64,000 bases of DNA from Limisphaerales bacterium (GTDB taxonomy: Bacteria > Verrucomicrobiota > Verrucomicrobiia > Limisphaerales > DSYF01). A program made the position numbers and the translations under genes. The stretch spans positions 2,426 through 66,425 of the forward strand of contig JBKBTZ010000002.1 of NCBI GenBank assembly GCA_046290825.1, written 5' to 3'. The notes beneath the pieces were generated by a model that was not told the origin of the DNA, did no database searches, and saw only the letters and a program-made list of their open reading frames with translations. Each line of letters starts with the position of its first letter. The first letter of the stretch is position 1. Of the stretch, positions 10,457-19,411 are shown piece by piece.

Positions 10457-11614
10457 TCACCCCAGCACCGCCGCGTAGAGCGCGGCGAAATCGGCTTCCG
10501 TGATGGGCCGCGGGTTGAAGCCCGCGGTCCATTGTTTTTGGGCCAGCGCGGCGAGGGCGGGCAGGTCGGCCACCGTGGCGCCACATTCGCGCAGAAAGCG
10601 CGGGCCGTGGGCAAGGGCGTAATGATCTGCGACCTCCTGGGCCAGTTCCTCCGGCTCCCGGGGCAGCGCCTCGCGATAGCGCGCGCGCACTGCCGGGTCC
10701 CCCGCGTTGAAGCGGATGACGCCGGGTAACATCAGCCCGACGGCGAAACCGTGCGTGAGGTTGAACCGCGCAGTCAGCGGATTGGCGGCGGCGTGGGCCG
10801 CGCCCAGCATTGAACGTTCGATGGCCGCCCCTGCGAAGGCCGCGCCCAACTGCATCCGCGCCCGGGCGGCATCGTCGGGCCGGGCCAGCAGGCGCGGGAG
10901 GGCGTCGGTGATCAATTCAAAGGCGGCGCGGGAGAAGGCGAGCGAGGCGGGCGTGCGTTTGGTGGTGACGGCGGATTCGATGGCGTGGCTGAGGGCATCC
11001 AGACCGGTGCAGGCGGCCACGCGCGGCGGCTGGGTGCGGGTCAGGAGCGGGTCCAGCAGCGCGATTTGGGCGAGCGCCTTTTCGTCCAGGCAGGCCATCT
11101 TCTGATGCGTCTCCGCGTCGGCAATGAGCGCGGCGCATTGCATTTCGCTGCCGGTTCCGGTGGTGGTGGGAATGGCAATGAAGGGGAGCATGGGTTGCGT
11201 CGCCTTGCCCACGCCCCAGTAGTCACGCATCTCCCCGCCGTTGGTGAGCAGGAAGTTCGTCGCTTTGGCCGTGTCCATCGCGCTGCCGCCGCCCAGACCG
11301 ATCAGTAGGTCCACTGGCACCTTCCGCGCCGTTGCAAGGCAGGCGGCCACGTCTTCGGTGGTGGGGTTTTCCCGCACCCGGTCGAACACCGTGACGCCCA
11401 CGCCCGCCGCCGTGAGCGCCGTGGAAATGCGCGTGGCATGGCCGGCCTGCACGAGGCCGAAGTCGGTGACCACGAGGGCGTGGCGGGCACCCAGTTCGCG
11501 GGCCAATTCGCCGATGCGCGCGGAACTGCCCGGGCCGAAAATCAAGCGGGGCCGTCCGGGCACGTCGAAGCGCTCGTAGTGCATCAGGCTGGCGGGATCC
11601 AGGGGTGCGGTCAT
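10457..11614 (-). CDS. Iron-containing alcohol dehydrogenase
   Basis: GLGGGSAMDTAK, AIPTTTGTGSE, GLDALSHAIES, AAHAAANPL...HGFA. Confidence 0.93.
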   Translation of the reverse strand: MTAPLDPASLMHYERFDVPGRPRLIFGPGSSARIGELARELGARHALVVTDFGLVQAGHATRISTALTAAGVGVTVFDRVRENPTTEDVAACLATARKVPVDLLIGLGGGSAMDTAKATNFLLTNGGEMRDYWGVGKATQPMLPFIAIPTTTGTGSEMQCAALIADAETHQKMACLDEKALAQIALLDPLLTRTQPPRVAACTGLDALSHAIESAVTTKRTPASLAFSRAAFELITDALPRLLARPDDAARARMQLGAAFAGAAIERSMLGAAHAAANPLTARFNLTHGFAVGLMLPGVIRFNAGDPAVRARYREALPREPEELAQEVADHYALAHGPRFLRECGATVADLPALAALAQKQWTAGFNPRPITEADFAALYAAVLG

Positions 11615-11745
11615 TCCGGGTTCAGACGGCAGGGCGGGGCGGGCTGTTCAACTTTCTCTCGCGTTACCGGCTCACGCAACCCGCCGCGACCGCCAAAAGC
11701 AACCGCGCGAATCCAAGCCTTCGCGCCGCCCGCGACATCGCGCTT

Positions 11746-12447
11746 TCACCGCGCGCGGAGCGGGTGCCAGGCGTCCACCGTGAGCGAAGGCTCCCATGTT
11801 TCGCGGAACCGTCGGGCCTTCGCGTGACCGTCCACAAAGACGTAGTTGCCGCGGCCTGCGTGGCGATCCTTGGCCACGTCGCCGGTGTCGCCCGCGCCCA
11901 CCCAGTAGTTGGGCATGATGTGGTCGGCGCTGCCCGCGTTTTCGGAGAACAGGATCGTTGCGGTGGGGCGGGGCACCTGCGCGGTGCGCCGCCAGGTGGC
12001 CGGATTCCCGAAATAATCGTCTTCCGGCCCCAGTTCGAAATAGACGTTCAGGCCGTAGCTCCAGGCGTTGGCGCGCCGGTCGTTGGGACAGCGATACACG
12101 CCGGTCAGTAGATGGGTCCATTGCGTGGTGGTGCCGCCGAGTTGCGGGGCGAGCGCGCGGCCCCAGGGCAGTTCCCGATGCGTCGCCGCCGAATGCTGGC
12201 TGCGCGGGAAGGTGTCGTCATGCTCGTCCGCATACAACTGGACGGCCAGGCCCAACTGGCGGAGTTGGCCAAGGCATTGGGTGGCGCGGGCGGCCTCCTT
12301 GGCGCGGGACAACGCGGGCAACAACAGCGCCGCCAGCATGGCAATGATGGCAATCACCACGAGCAGTTCGATCAGGGTGAAACCGCCGGAGCGGACCGCT
12401 TTCGCAGGCGGCCCGTCCGGCGCGCAATGATGACATGACCTCGGCAT
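11746..12447 (-). CDS. Prepilin-type N-methylation domain protein with H-X9-DG motif (DUF1559-like)
   Basis: [30 protein letters not shown]-terminal [15 protein letters not shown]. Confidence 0.92.
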   Translation of the reverse strand: MPRSCHHCAPDGPPAKAVRSGGFTLIELLVVIAIIAMLAALLLPALSRAKEAARATQCLGQLRQLGLAVQLYADEHDDTFPRSQHSAATHRELPWGRALAPQLGGTTTQWTHLLTGVYRCPNDRRANAWSYGLNVYFELGPEDDYFGNPATWRRTAQVPRPTATILFSENAGSADHIMPNYWVGAGDTGDVAKDRHAGRGNYVFVDGHAKARRFRETWEPSLTVDAWHPLRAR

Positions 12448-12454
12448 GACCGCC

Positions 12455-13285
12455 TCACGGTTGACGGCGCAACCGGAAGAATCCGGCGGGCGCGTCGGTG
12501 GGGAGCACCACCTTGTTTTGCTCTCCGACGACGACGGGTTCGTTGGTCACCGCCGTCCAGGTCGGGCCGTGAGGCGCGGCGGACGAAACGAGCGACCAGT
12601 TCGTCGCGCTGGCTGGCCAGGCGACGGCGAGGCTGTTGGTCGGAGTCACGACCAGTTGCAATTGCGGCCGGCCATCGGGAAGCGTGGTGAAGTCAAACAC
12701 CATGGGTTCGGTGCTTGAATTCGGCACTTCCTCGCCGGTTGCGGTGTTGACGAGGAACGCCTCGAACACGGCCTGGTGCGTGTTGGTGCCCGGCGGCGCG
12801 GTGAAGCAGGGATGGAACATCATGAGGTTCCAGGGGCGCGCATTGGTGGTCCCGGCGGTGCCGAAGATCGGCTCGAAGGCCTTGGGCGCGTTGCCGCTGT
12901 AACGGTAGCAGTCGAGGCCGGGCGTGCTCGACAGTTTGCGCAGCCAGACCGTGTAACCGGCCGGCAGGGGATCGCTCATCGCACTGTCCCACATGAACCC
13001 GTAACGACGGCTGAACGCCGCGCCGCCCGCCGCCGGATCGAGCGCGGCGAACCACGGGTCGCCGGGGTGGAAGCTGTCCGCCGGATGGCTGACCAGCAGC
13101 GGCGTCAACGCGGGGACTTCCGACGGCATCATGACGTGCAGGTGTCCGTGATCGGCGTGATACATCAGCATGGGCATGACCATTGAGCCTTGCATCGGCA
13201 CAGTGGTTAGCGTGGCAGCCCGGGCGGAGGGAACCAAGGTGAGCGCGGCCCCCGCCGCGCAGAGGAACAACAAAAACTTCTTCAT
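12455..13285 (-). CDS. Secreted Met/His-rich protein with C-terminal FFRL module
   Basis: Signal peptide [56 protein letters not shown]; ends ...[15 protein letters not shown]. Confidence 0.85.
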   Translation of the reverse strand: MKKFLLFLCAAGAALTLVPSARAATLTTVPMQGSMVMPMLMYHADHGHLHVMMPSEVPALTPLLVSHPADSFHPGDPWFAALDPAAGGAAFSRRYGFMWDSAMSDPLPAGYTVWLRKLSSTPGLDCYRYSGNAPKAFEPIFGTAGTTNARPWNLMMFHPCFTAPPGTNTHQAVFEAFLVNTATGEEVPNSSTEPMVFDFTTLPDGRPQLQLVVTPTNSLAVAWPASATNWSLVSSAAPHGPTWTAVTNEPVVVGEQNKVVLPTDAPAGFFRLRRQP

Positions 13286-13446
13286 GGATCGGAATGGACA
13301 AAAATGGGTTGAAACAGTGACGCCCGCCTCACACGAGGCCCCGGCATGGACGGAATAACGGCCGCCCAAGGCATCTGCCGGAGGGATTACAATCGGGATT
13401 CAAAATGCGCCGCGCGGTCCGGCAGGGCCGGCCATGCGCCGCGAAT

Positions 13447-13839
13447 TCAAACGGGAGGAAGGGTGAGGCCGCGGGGCCGCGGCTTGGGGGGATCGTCGTT
13501 GCGCGGGGTAGAGAAAACATCCTCGCCGCACACCCAGGCGCGGGGTGGCTCGGCAAGCACAAATGCGGCGGTCTCGAGCAGGCCGGGATCCAGCTTGGGC
13601 ACGGATTTGGCGGCTTGCTTGTCCTGCTGGCGCTCGGCGGCGCGACCCTGTTCGACCGCAACGCAGAGTGGACAGGGATGATCGCCATCAAACGTCTTGC
13701 TGACGGCGGTGGCCAGACTGTCGGTTTGCGCGTAGCGCACCAGCATGCCGGTCCAAGCCACGGTCTGGAGCAAGGCCCAGTGCAGGCCCATACTCAGGGC
13801 CAGCACCAGCACCAGCAGGAACCGCAACAGCGCGCGCAC
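13447..13839 (-). CDS. DUF2946/CutF-like small membrane protein with HPCPLC and Pro-rich C-terminus
   Basis: N-terminal hydrophobic helices, TFDGDHPCPLC, C-terminal PPKPRPR; GTG start 6 nt downstream of a -10 box. Confidence 0.75.
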   Translation of the reverse strand: MRALLRFLLVLVLALSMGLHWALLQTVAWTGMLVRYAQTDSLATAVSKTFDGDHPCPLCVAVEQGRAAERQQDKQAAKSVPKLDPGLLETAAFVLAEPPRAWVCGEDVFSTPRNDDPPKPRPRGLTLPPV

Positions 13840-13845
13840 GGCGGG

Positions 13846-13873
13846 AAGTTAGAAGGGTTCGCGCGCGAGTCAA
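13846..13873 (-). promoter_or_regulatory. Sigma70-type promoter, predicted leaderless
   Basis: TTGACT-N16-TAACTT-N6-GTG(13839). Confidence 0.7.
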
Positions 13874-13946
13874 CGCGCGGGGGCAAATATCACTTCCGGT
13901 TCAGGGCGGCATGAACCGAACTGAACCCGGGCCGCCGCGACCGGCC

Positions 13947-14327
13947 TCAGAAATGCGCGATGACCTCGATCTCGACGCTGGCTCCCTTGGGCAGGGCGGC
14001 CACCTGGATGGTCGAGCGCGCCGGGAAATCGTGCGTGAAATAGCGCGCGTAGATTTCGTTCATCGCGGCAAAGTCGGCCAGGTTGGTCAGGAACACGGTG
14101 CTTTTGACGACGTTGGCGAAGGTCAGACCCTGGTCTTCGAGGATGGCCTTCACGTTTTCGAGCACGCGCGTGGTCTGCGCCTGGATGTCACCGGCCACGA
14201 GATTGCCGGTGGCTGGCTCGATGGGAATTTGGCCGGCGCAGAAGAGCAGGTCGCCCACGCGGACGGCGTGGTTGTAGGGGCCGACGGCGGCGGGGGATTT
14301 GGCGGGTTTGATGATGGTCTTGGTCAT
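13947..14327 (-). CDS. ridA: RidA/YjgF family enamine deaminase
   Basis: AVGPYNHA, AGQIP, VVKSTVFL, FAAMNEIY, PARST, VEIEVIA. Confidence 0.93.
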   Translation of the reverse strand: MTKTIIKPAKSPAAVGPYNHAVRVGDLLFCAGQIPIEPATGNLVAGDIQAQTTRVLENVKAILEDQGLTFANVVKSTVFLTNLADFAAMNEIYARYFTHDFPARSTIQVAALPKGASVEIEVIAHF

Positions 14328-14392
14328 GGCGTTTCGCAAATGGCGGCGCAGTGTGGCCCGGAAGCGCCGCGCAAGGCGATGCGATTTTTTGG

Positions 14393-15868
14393 TCAACCGT
14401 CGCGGGGTGCGCGGCCCACGGTCGTCAGGATGGCGCAGACCACGAGGAACAGGACCACCACCGAGTAGGTGCGGAAGGGAAAATCCCAGCGCGCCTGCAA
14501 CAGGCAGCCTGCCAGTGCCAGCCAGCCCAACCAGACGAACCGACGGCTGGCGCCGATGCGCCCGCGCACCCAGCCGTGTGCCACAATGGCCGCCAGCGCG
14601 GCCAGCATCAGGCTGAAGCCGGTCCAGCCGAAGGTCAGGCGCAGTTCCAACCAGTCGTTGTGAAGTTGGGCCGGCCAGTATTCGTCGAGCGACTGGCGGT
14701 AAAGCTGGAACATGTGTTCGAAGGTGCCCGGCCCGGTGCCGAATACGGGATGGTCGCGGGCGATGAGCCGGGCGGTTTCATACATCAGTTCGCGTGTGCG
14801 CCAGCCTTCGGCGAGTTCGCCGAGACGCGGATTTAAGCTGGCCCAGCCCAGCCACACGCCGCCCGCCAGGGCGAGACCAAACACCGCCAGCACGGCGAGT
14901 TTGCGGAGTCCGTCCGCGCGCCGGGCGGGGATGAGGATGGCCACCGTCCCGGCCAGCAGCGCCATGCTGGTCAACGCCCCGGCGCGGCTTGTGCTGATGA
15001 GCGGGCAGGCGGCCATGATGATCGCGCAAACGAGCAGCCAGACCGAGCGCCGCCGTTCCTTCGTCCCGCGCCGGGCGGTTTGCTGCACCCACCACCAAAA
15101 CCCGAGGGTCACCGGCCAGATGAGATTGAGATACTGGGCGGCATTCGAGCGGTAGGCAAACGGCCCGAATTGGGTGATGGCGTCCGGATTGACGCGGGGT
15201 TTTACGAGGAAGAGCAGTTTCCCCGAGCCTTCGAGCCGTTGAATGACCCCCTCGATGCCCAGCACCGCGCCGTTTACCGCCAGGATCCAAAGCAGGCATT
15301 TCAGCCTTGCGGGAATCCGTCCCGCCAGCGACTCGCCCGCCCGCGTTGCCCGCGCCTCGGCCGGCGTCATCCCCAACAGCCAGTCCCGCGACGCCCAGAA
15401 CGCCGCTGCCCAGGCAAGGTAGTCGAACAGCGCCGCCCACGTGCGGGCGCGGTGGTAGCTGTGCGGGAGCCACGGAAGGTAATCGCGGTAGTCCAACGTC
15501 AGGCTGCCCGGGTGGTAGTCGGCCCGGGCGTTCCACGCCGCCACCACGGTGAACGCCAACAACAGCAGCGTGACCACGGCGAGCAGGGCGGTCAGCCAAC
15601 GGACGGCGACCGGCGCAGGCCTGCCCCATCGCGCGGGTTGGTGGCCAAGGACATGGCGAATCCATAGTTTGGCCAGGAACAACAGTCCGCCCGCGTAGCC
15701 CGCGAGATTCATGGTCCAGATGGACCACGGCTGCGTGGTGCCAAACGCCCAAGGGCTGAACAACAGCATCCCGACCAGCAGCACGCCGCTGGCGGCGTCC
15801 AGCCGGTCATGCCAGAGCACCGCCCGCAGCGACAGGCGGGGCGGGGTGGCGGCGGGGGCCGTTGTCAT
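14393..15868 (-). CDS. O-antigen ligase (Wzy_C) family membrane protein
   Basis: Multi-TM; GPFAYRSNAAQYL, STSRAG, FGTGPGTF, HNDWLE. Confidence 0.85.
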   Translation of the reverse strand: MTTAPAATPPRLSLRAVLWHDRLDAASGVLLVGMLLFSPWAFGTTQPWSIWTMNLAGYAGGLLFLAKLWIRHVLGHQPARWGRPAPVAVRWLTALLAVVTLLLLAFTVVAAWNARADYHPGSLTLDYRDYLPWLPHSYHRARTWAALFDYLAWAAAFWASRDWLLGMTPAEARATRAGESLAGRIPARLKCLLWILAVNGAVLGIEGVIQRLEGSGKLLFLVKPRVNPDAITQFGPFAYRSNAAQYLNLIWPVTLGFWWWVQQTARRGTKERRRSVWLLVCAIIMAACPLISTSRAGALTSMALLAGTVAILIPARRADGLRKLAVLAVFGLALAGGVWLGWASLNPRLGELAEGWRTRELMYETARLIARDHPVFGTGPGTFEHMFQLYRQSLDEYWPAQLHNDWLELRLTFGWTGFSLMLAALAAIVAHGWVRGRIGASRRFVWLGWLALAGCLLQARWDFPFRTYSVVVLFLVVCAILTTVGRAPRDG

Positions 15869-15948
15869 GGGCGGGATTCAATCCGGCGGCGGCAAAACGA
15901 CAAGTTATTCCACCGTCCGGTGGAGCGCGTTTTTTAACGACAAACCCG

Positions 15949-15976
15949 TTGACAGCGGGGGGGCGGTTGCTACGCT
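15949..15976 (+). promoter_or_regulatory. Sigma70-type promoter of the PEP-CTERM gene
   Basis: TTGACA-N16-TACGCT. Confidence 0.65.
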
Positions 15977-16014
15977 CAGGCCGTCGTCAGTCAGAAACCA
16001 TAGCTCCAGCCGCC

Positions 16015-16668
16015 ATGAATGCCTTGGCCAAAACCACTTTTGCCGTCACGCTGGCTCTCGCCACCACGCTGACCGCCCGCGCCGGTTACATCTACGACAA
16101 CTCCCAAAACGACCTGGTGCAGCGCCTCCAAGCTGTGGAAGGCTTGTGGTTCGGCGACGAAATCAACCTTGCCGGCACGGACCGGTTCATGATTGGTTTC
16201 GACTTCCAGTTCTGGGCCACCAACACCACCGGCCTCACGATTGATGTCGAATTGCGTTTGCAGGACGGGCCGCTGTTCAACGGCTACGCTTCGCCCGGCA
16301 CGTTGATTTACTCCTACTACGGTTTCTCCGCCCCGAACACGCCGCGTTCGACGCTGGTGTTCGACAGCACCGACCTCAGCGGTGGCATTGACCTGACCGG
16401 CGTCAACACCCTGACCTTGGCCGTTCGATTCACCAACATCGGCAGCGGTGAGGCGGGCGTGGACATCTACGATCCCCCGGTTGTCGGCTCCAGCTTCGAC
16501 GATTATTGGCAATACATCGGCGGCTCGTGGCAGTTGACCACCAACAACGTCATTCCGAAGGTCAACTTCGCCATGCGCATTGACGCGATTCCGGAGCCGA
16601 CCGCGCTTTCGCTGGTCCTCTTGGGCGGTCTGGCCGGTTTGGTGGGGCGGCGTTTGATCCGGCGCTGA
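16015..16668 (+). CDS. PEP-CTERM sorting domain protein
   Basis: Signal peptide ending ARA; C-terminal IPEPTALSLVLLGGLAGLVGRRLIRR. Confidence 0.92.
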   Translation: MNALAKTTFAVTLALATTLTARAGYIYDNSQNDLVQRLQAVEGLWFGDEINLAGTDRFMIGFDFQFWATNTTGLTIDVELRLQDGPLFNGYASPGTLIYSYYGFSAPNTPRSTLVFDSTDLSGGIDLTGVNTLTLAVRFTNIGSGEAGVDIYDPPVVGSSFDDYWQYIGGSWQLTTNNVIPKVNFAMRIDAIPEPTALSLVLLGGLAGLVGRRLIRR

Positions 16669-16681
16669 GATTGTTTTTCCG

Positions 16682-16715
16682 AAAACGGCGCGGACATGCT
16701 CCGCGCCGTTTTTTT
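16682..16715. terminator. Intrinsic terminator, likely bidirectional
   Basis: aaaacggcgcgga-catgc-tccgcgccgttttttt. Confidence 0.8.
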
Positions 16716-16747
16716 GTGCCCAAACTGACCCAGCAGGCCGGCGCGTT

Positions 16748-17593
16748 TCATCGGACCGCCCGCCGGTTTCGCGTTCCCATCTGTCCCCGTTGCCGCGCGG
16801 CTTCGTAGAGAAACACGGCAGCGGCGCTGGTGACGTTCATCGAATCCACCGTCGGCGGCATGGGGATCGCCGCCGCCACGTCGCACGCCGCCAGCACCTC
16901 GGGGCGCAGCCCGTCCCCCTCGCTGCCCAGCACGAGGCAGCAATCGCCCGTCAAGTCCGTCGCCGCCAGCGTCGTTTGTTCCGTGTGCGGATGCGCGGCA
17001 ACGAGCCGGACCCCGTTGGACTGGAGCAGCCGCAATGCATCGAGCAGCGCGGCGGTTTCCACGATGGGCACCTGGAAGATGTTGCCCATCGAGTTCCGCA
17101 CCGCGCGTCGCAGCCATGGCGAGGCGCAGGTTTCGCCGACAAGCAGGCCCTGCACGGAAAACGCGGCGCAGTTACGGACCAGCACGCCGATGTTTTCCGC
17201 GTTGCTCAGGCCGTCTGCCGCGACGAACAGGCGCGGCCGCGGCGCGCCGGCCAGCAGCGACGCCACTGTGGGCGGCGGGGGAATGCGACCCACCGCCAGC
17301 ACGCCCTGGTAGAGGTGGAACCCCACCAGTTGCTCGAGCAGCCGGCTTTCGGCGGTGAAGACGGGAATTGTCTGCGGATGCGCGGCCAGCAGCGGTTCAT
17401 ACGCGGCCAGCCATTTGTCCGGCAGCAGCACGGAAACCACTTCAAAGCGCGTGTCCTGGAGCAGACGGCGGACGACTTTCTCCCCCTCGGCCACGAAGAT
17501 GCCCTGGCGCACATGCTCGACGGGCCGCCGCATCGTGCGGTAGGGGGCGAGTTCCGGGGCGTCCAGCGAAGCGATCAGGTGCCGCGTGAACAT
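16748..17593 (-). CDS. TrmH/SpoU family RNA methyltransferase
   Basis: FVAEG, NAENIGVLVRN, VLGSEGDGL, IPM..VDSMNVTSAAAV. Confidence 0.92.
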   Translation of the reverse strand: MFTRHLIASLDAPELAPYRTMRRPVEHVRQGIFVAEGEKVVRRLLQDTRFEVVSVLLPDKWLAAYEPLLAAHPQTIPVFTAESRLLEQLVGFHLYQGVLAVGRIPPPPTVASLLAGAPRPRLFVAADGLSNAENIGVLVRNCAAFSVQGLLVGETCASPWLRRAVRNSMGNIFQVPIVETAALLDALRLLQSNGVRLVAAHPHTEQTTLAATDLTGDCCLVLGSEGDGLRPEVLAACDVAAAIPMPPTVDSMNVTSAAAVFLYEAARQRGQMGTRNRRAVR

Positions 17594-17596
17594 GGC

Positions 17597-18379
17597 TCAA
17601 AGCACGAGCGTTTCGCACGCCGCGTCCTGGGCGGTGACCACTGTGCGGACGTGCGTGGCCCCGAGCCGGTGGAGACTTTCCGTCACCGCCGCCAGCGCGA
17701 GTTCCGGGCGGTTGCAATCCTGGCTCAGGTGGCCAAGGAACAGGTGCCGCAGGTCCGCGCTGACAATTTCCCGCACCGCCTCGGCGGCCGCGCCGTTGGA
17801 GAGATGCCCGTGCCGCCCCTTGATGCGCTGCTTGAGGCTCCATGGACGGCGCGGGTCGTTGTCCAGCAGATGCGGGTCGTAGTTGGCCTCGAGCACCAGG
17901 GCGTGCGCGGGCTTCACGCGTTCCAGCACCAGCTTGGTGGCGTGGCCGAGGTCGGTGAGGAAGCCGAGGTTGGCCGTCGCGGTGCGGAGGAGGAACCCGA
18001 CCGGGTCCTGCGCGTCGTGGGGGATGCTGAAGGTTTCCACGCCCACGTCGCCGATCTCGAAGCTGGCTCCCGTCTCGAACAACCGCGCCTCCAGCCGGCA
18101 GCCCTGTTGGAATTCGATGGCCTCCTTCGTCAGCCGGTTGCAATAGACCGGCACGCGCAACTTCTCCGCAAGCCCGGTCAATCCCTGCACATGGTCGGTG
18201 TGTTCGTGGGTGATGAGGATGCCGGTGAGGCTTTCCGGCGCGCGGCCCAGGGCGGCGAGGCGCGCGCGGATTTGCCGGGCGCTGAACCCGGCGTCAATCA
18301 ACAGGCGCACCTCGTCGGTTTCGAGATAGGCGCAATTGCCCTTCGAACCGCTGCCGAGAATGGTAAACCGCACAGGCAC
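17597..18379 (-). CDS. MBL-fold metallo-hydrolase (YycJ/WalJ-like)
   Basis: LGSGSKGN, THEHTDH, PHDA, TDLG, LEANYD, GHLSN, GHLSQDCN. Confidence 0.9.
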   Translation of the reverse strand: MPVRFTILGSGSKGNCAYLETDEVRLLIDAGFSARQIRARLAALGRAPESLTGILITHEHTDHVQGLTGLAEKLRVPVYCNRLTKEAIEFQQGCRLEARLFETGASFEIGDVGVETFSIPHDAQDPVGFLLRTATANLGFLTDLGHATKLVLERVKPAHALVLEANYDPHLLDNDPRRPWSLKQRIKGRHGHLSNGAAAEAVREIVSADLRHLFLGHLSQDCNRPELALAAVTESLHRLGATHVRTVVTAQDAACETLVL

Positions 18380-18482
18380 GCGGCGACGTTAGGGAGCGGC
18401 GGGAAACCGCGCAACGGCGGATTGGAGCGTTTCAATGAGTGAGCTTCTTCGACGTCTTTTTATTGGATGATCGTTCGCACTC

Positions 18483-18671
18483 GTCGCGAAGCGACCCGGG
18501 AAATTAGCCAGGGACGAAGTCCCTGGTTGGCCGATCATCGAGACGTCCCGGCAGGGACGGTGGAGCCGCCGGTCAACCCGGACGGATCCCGTCGTCCCTC
18601 CGGGACGTAAACGCTCTGTGCCTGGTTCCAGCCACTTCGTGGCTGGCTCATTTCCGGGGTCGCTTCGCGAC
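18483..18671. repeat. 189-bp nested palindromic element (REPIN/MITE-like)
   Basis: Terminal IR gtcgcgaagcgacccgggaaattagccag ... ctggctcatttccggggtcgcttcgcgac; internal hairpins ccagggac/gtccctgg, ccagccac/gtggctgg, cgtcccggcagggacg / cgtccctccgggacg. Confidence 0.75.
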
Positions 18672-18940
18672 ACCAGGGCGACTCGCACACGATGACTGTC
18701 GAAGAACCTCAAATCCCTCTACCCATTACAAACGTCGAGGAACCACAAATGATGTAGCGCCGCAAACGCGCGCCACCCCGCATCCGCCCTTACCCCTCTG
18801 CAAAAGCTACGGGGGACAAGTCGGGCACCCTTTCCCCATCGGATGGGGGGAGGGATGGATCGAGGGGGGGACCGCTGTGATGCTCGCTACGTGATTCATG
18901 GAAATGCTCCAATTTCGCGCAGCCGCGCGGCCTTGGCGCC

Positions 18941-19411
18941 TCACGCGCGCGCCAGATTGCGCACAAGGCCGAAGACCAGCAGCGCGACCAGCAGCAGCCA
19001 GAGCAGCGCTTCGATGACGCGCGTTCCCGGCGTCCAGCCGCGTCGTTTGGCCCACGCATGAAATCCCGCGAGCGCGCCGACCAGCGGCAGGCCGAGGACG
19101 ACCAGCGGGTTGAAGTGGAACGCCGTCACCACGTCGCCGCGCAGCAGATGGTGCATCGCCCGCAACCCGCCGCAGCCGGGGCAATCCCAGCCCGTCAGCG
19201 AGTGAAACAGGCAGCGCGGGTAAAAGGCGTGGCGCTCGGGGTTGAAGGCGAAGAGCACCGTCAGAACCAGCAACAGCACCACACCGCCCGCCCACCACAA
19301 CCAGCGGAGGGGCGGGCGACTGGTGGCTCGATCATCTGGTCCGGGCAAAGCGGGACAGATGGGCGGGATGTCCGCGCTCGGAGTTGTGCTGGCGGGCGGG
19401 CGTTCGTTCAC
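18941..19411 (-). CDS. DUF2752 domain membrane protein
   Basis: CLFHSLTGWDCPGCGGLRAMHHLLRGD...FHFNPL; start overlaps trpD stop (GTGA). Confidence 0.88.
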   Translation of the reverse strand: MNERPPASTTPSADIPPICPALPGPDDRATSRPPLRWLWWAGGVVLLLVLTVLFAFNPERHAFYPRCLFHSLTGWDCPGCGGLRAMHHLLRGDVVTAFHFNPLVVLGLPLVGALAGFHAWAKRRGWTPGTRVIEALLWLLLVALLVFGLVRNLARA

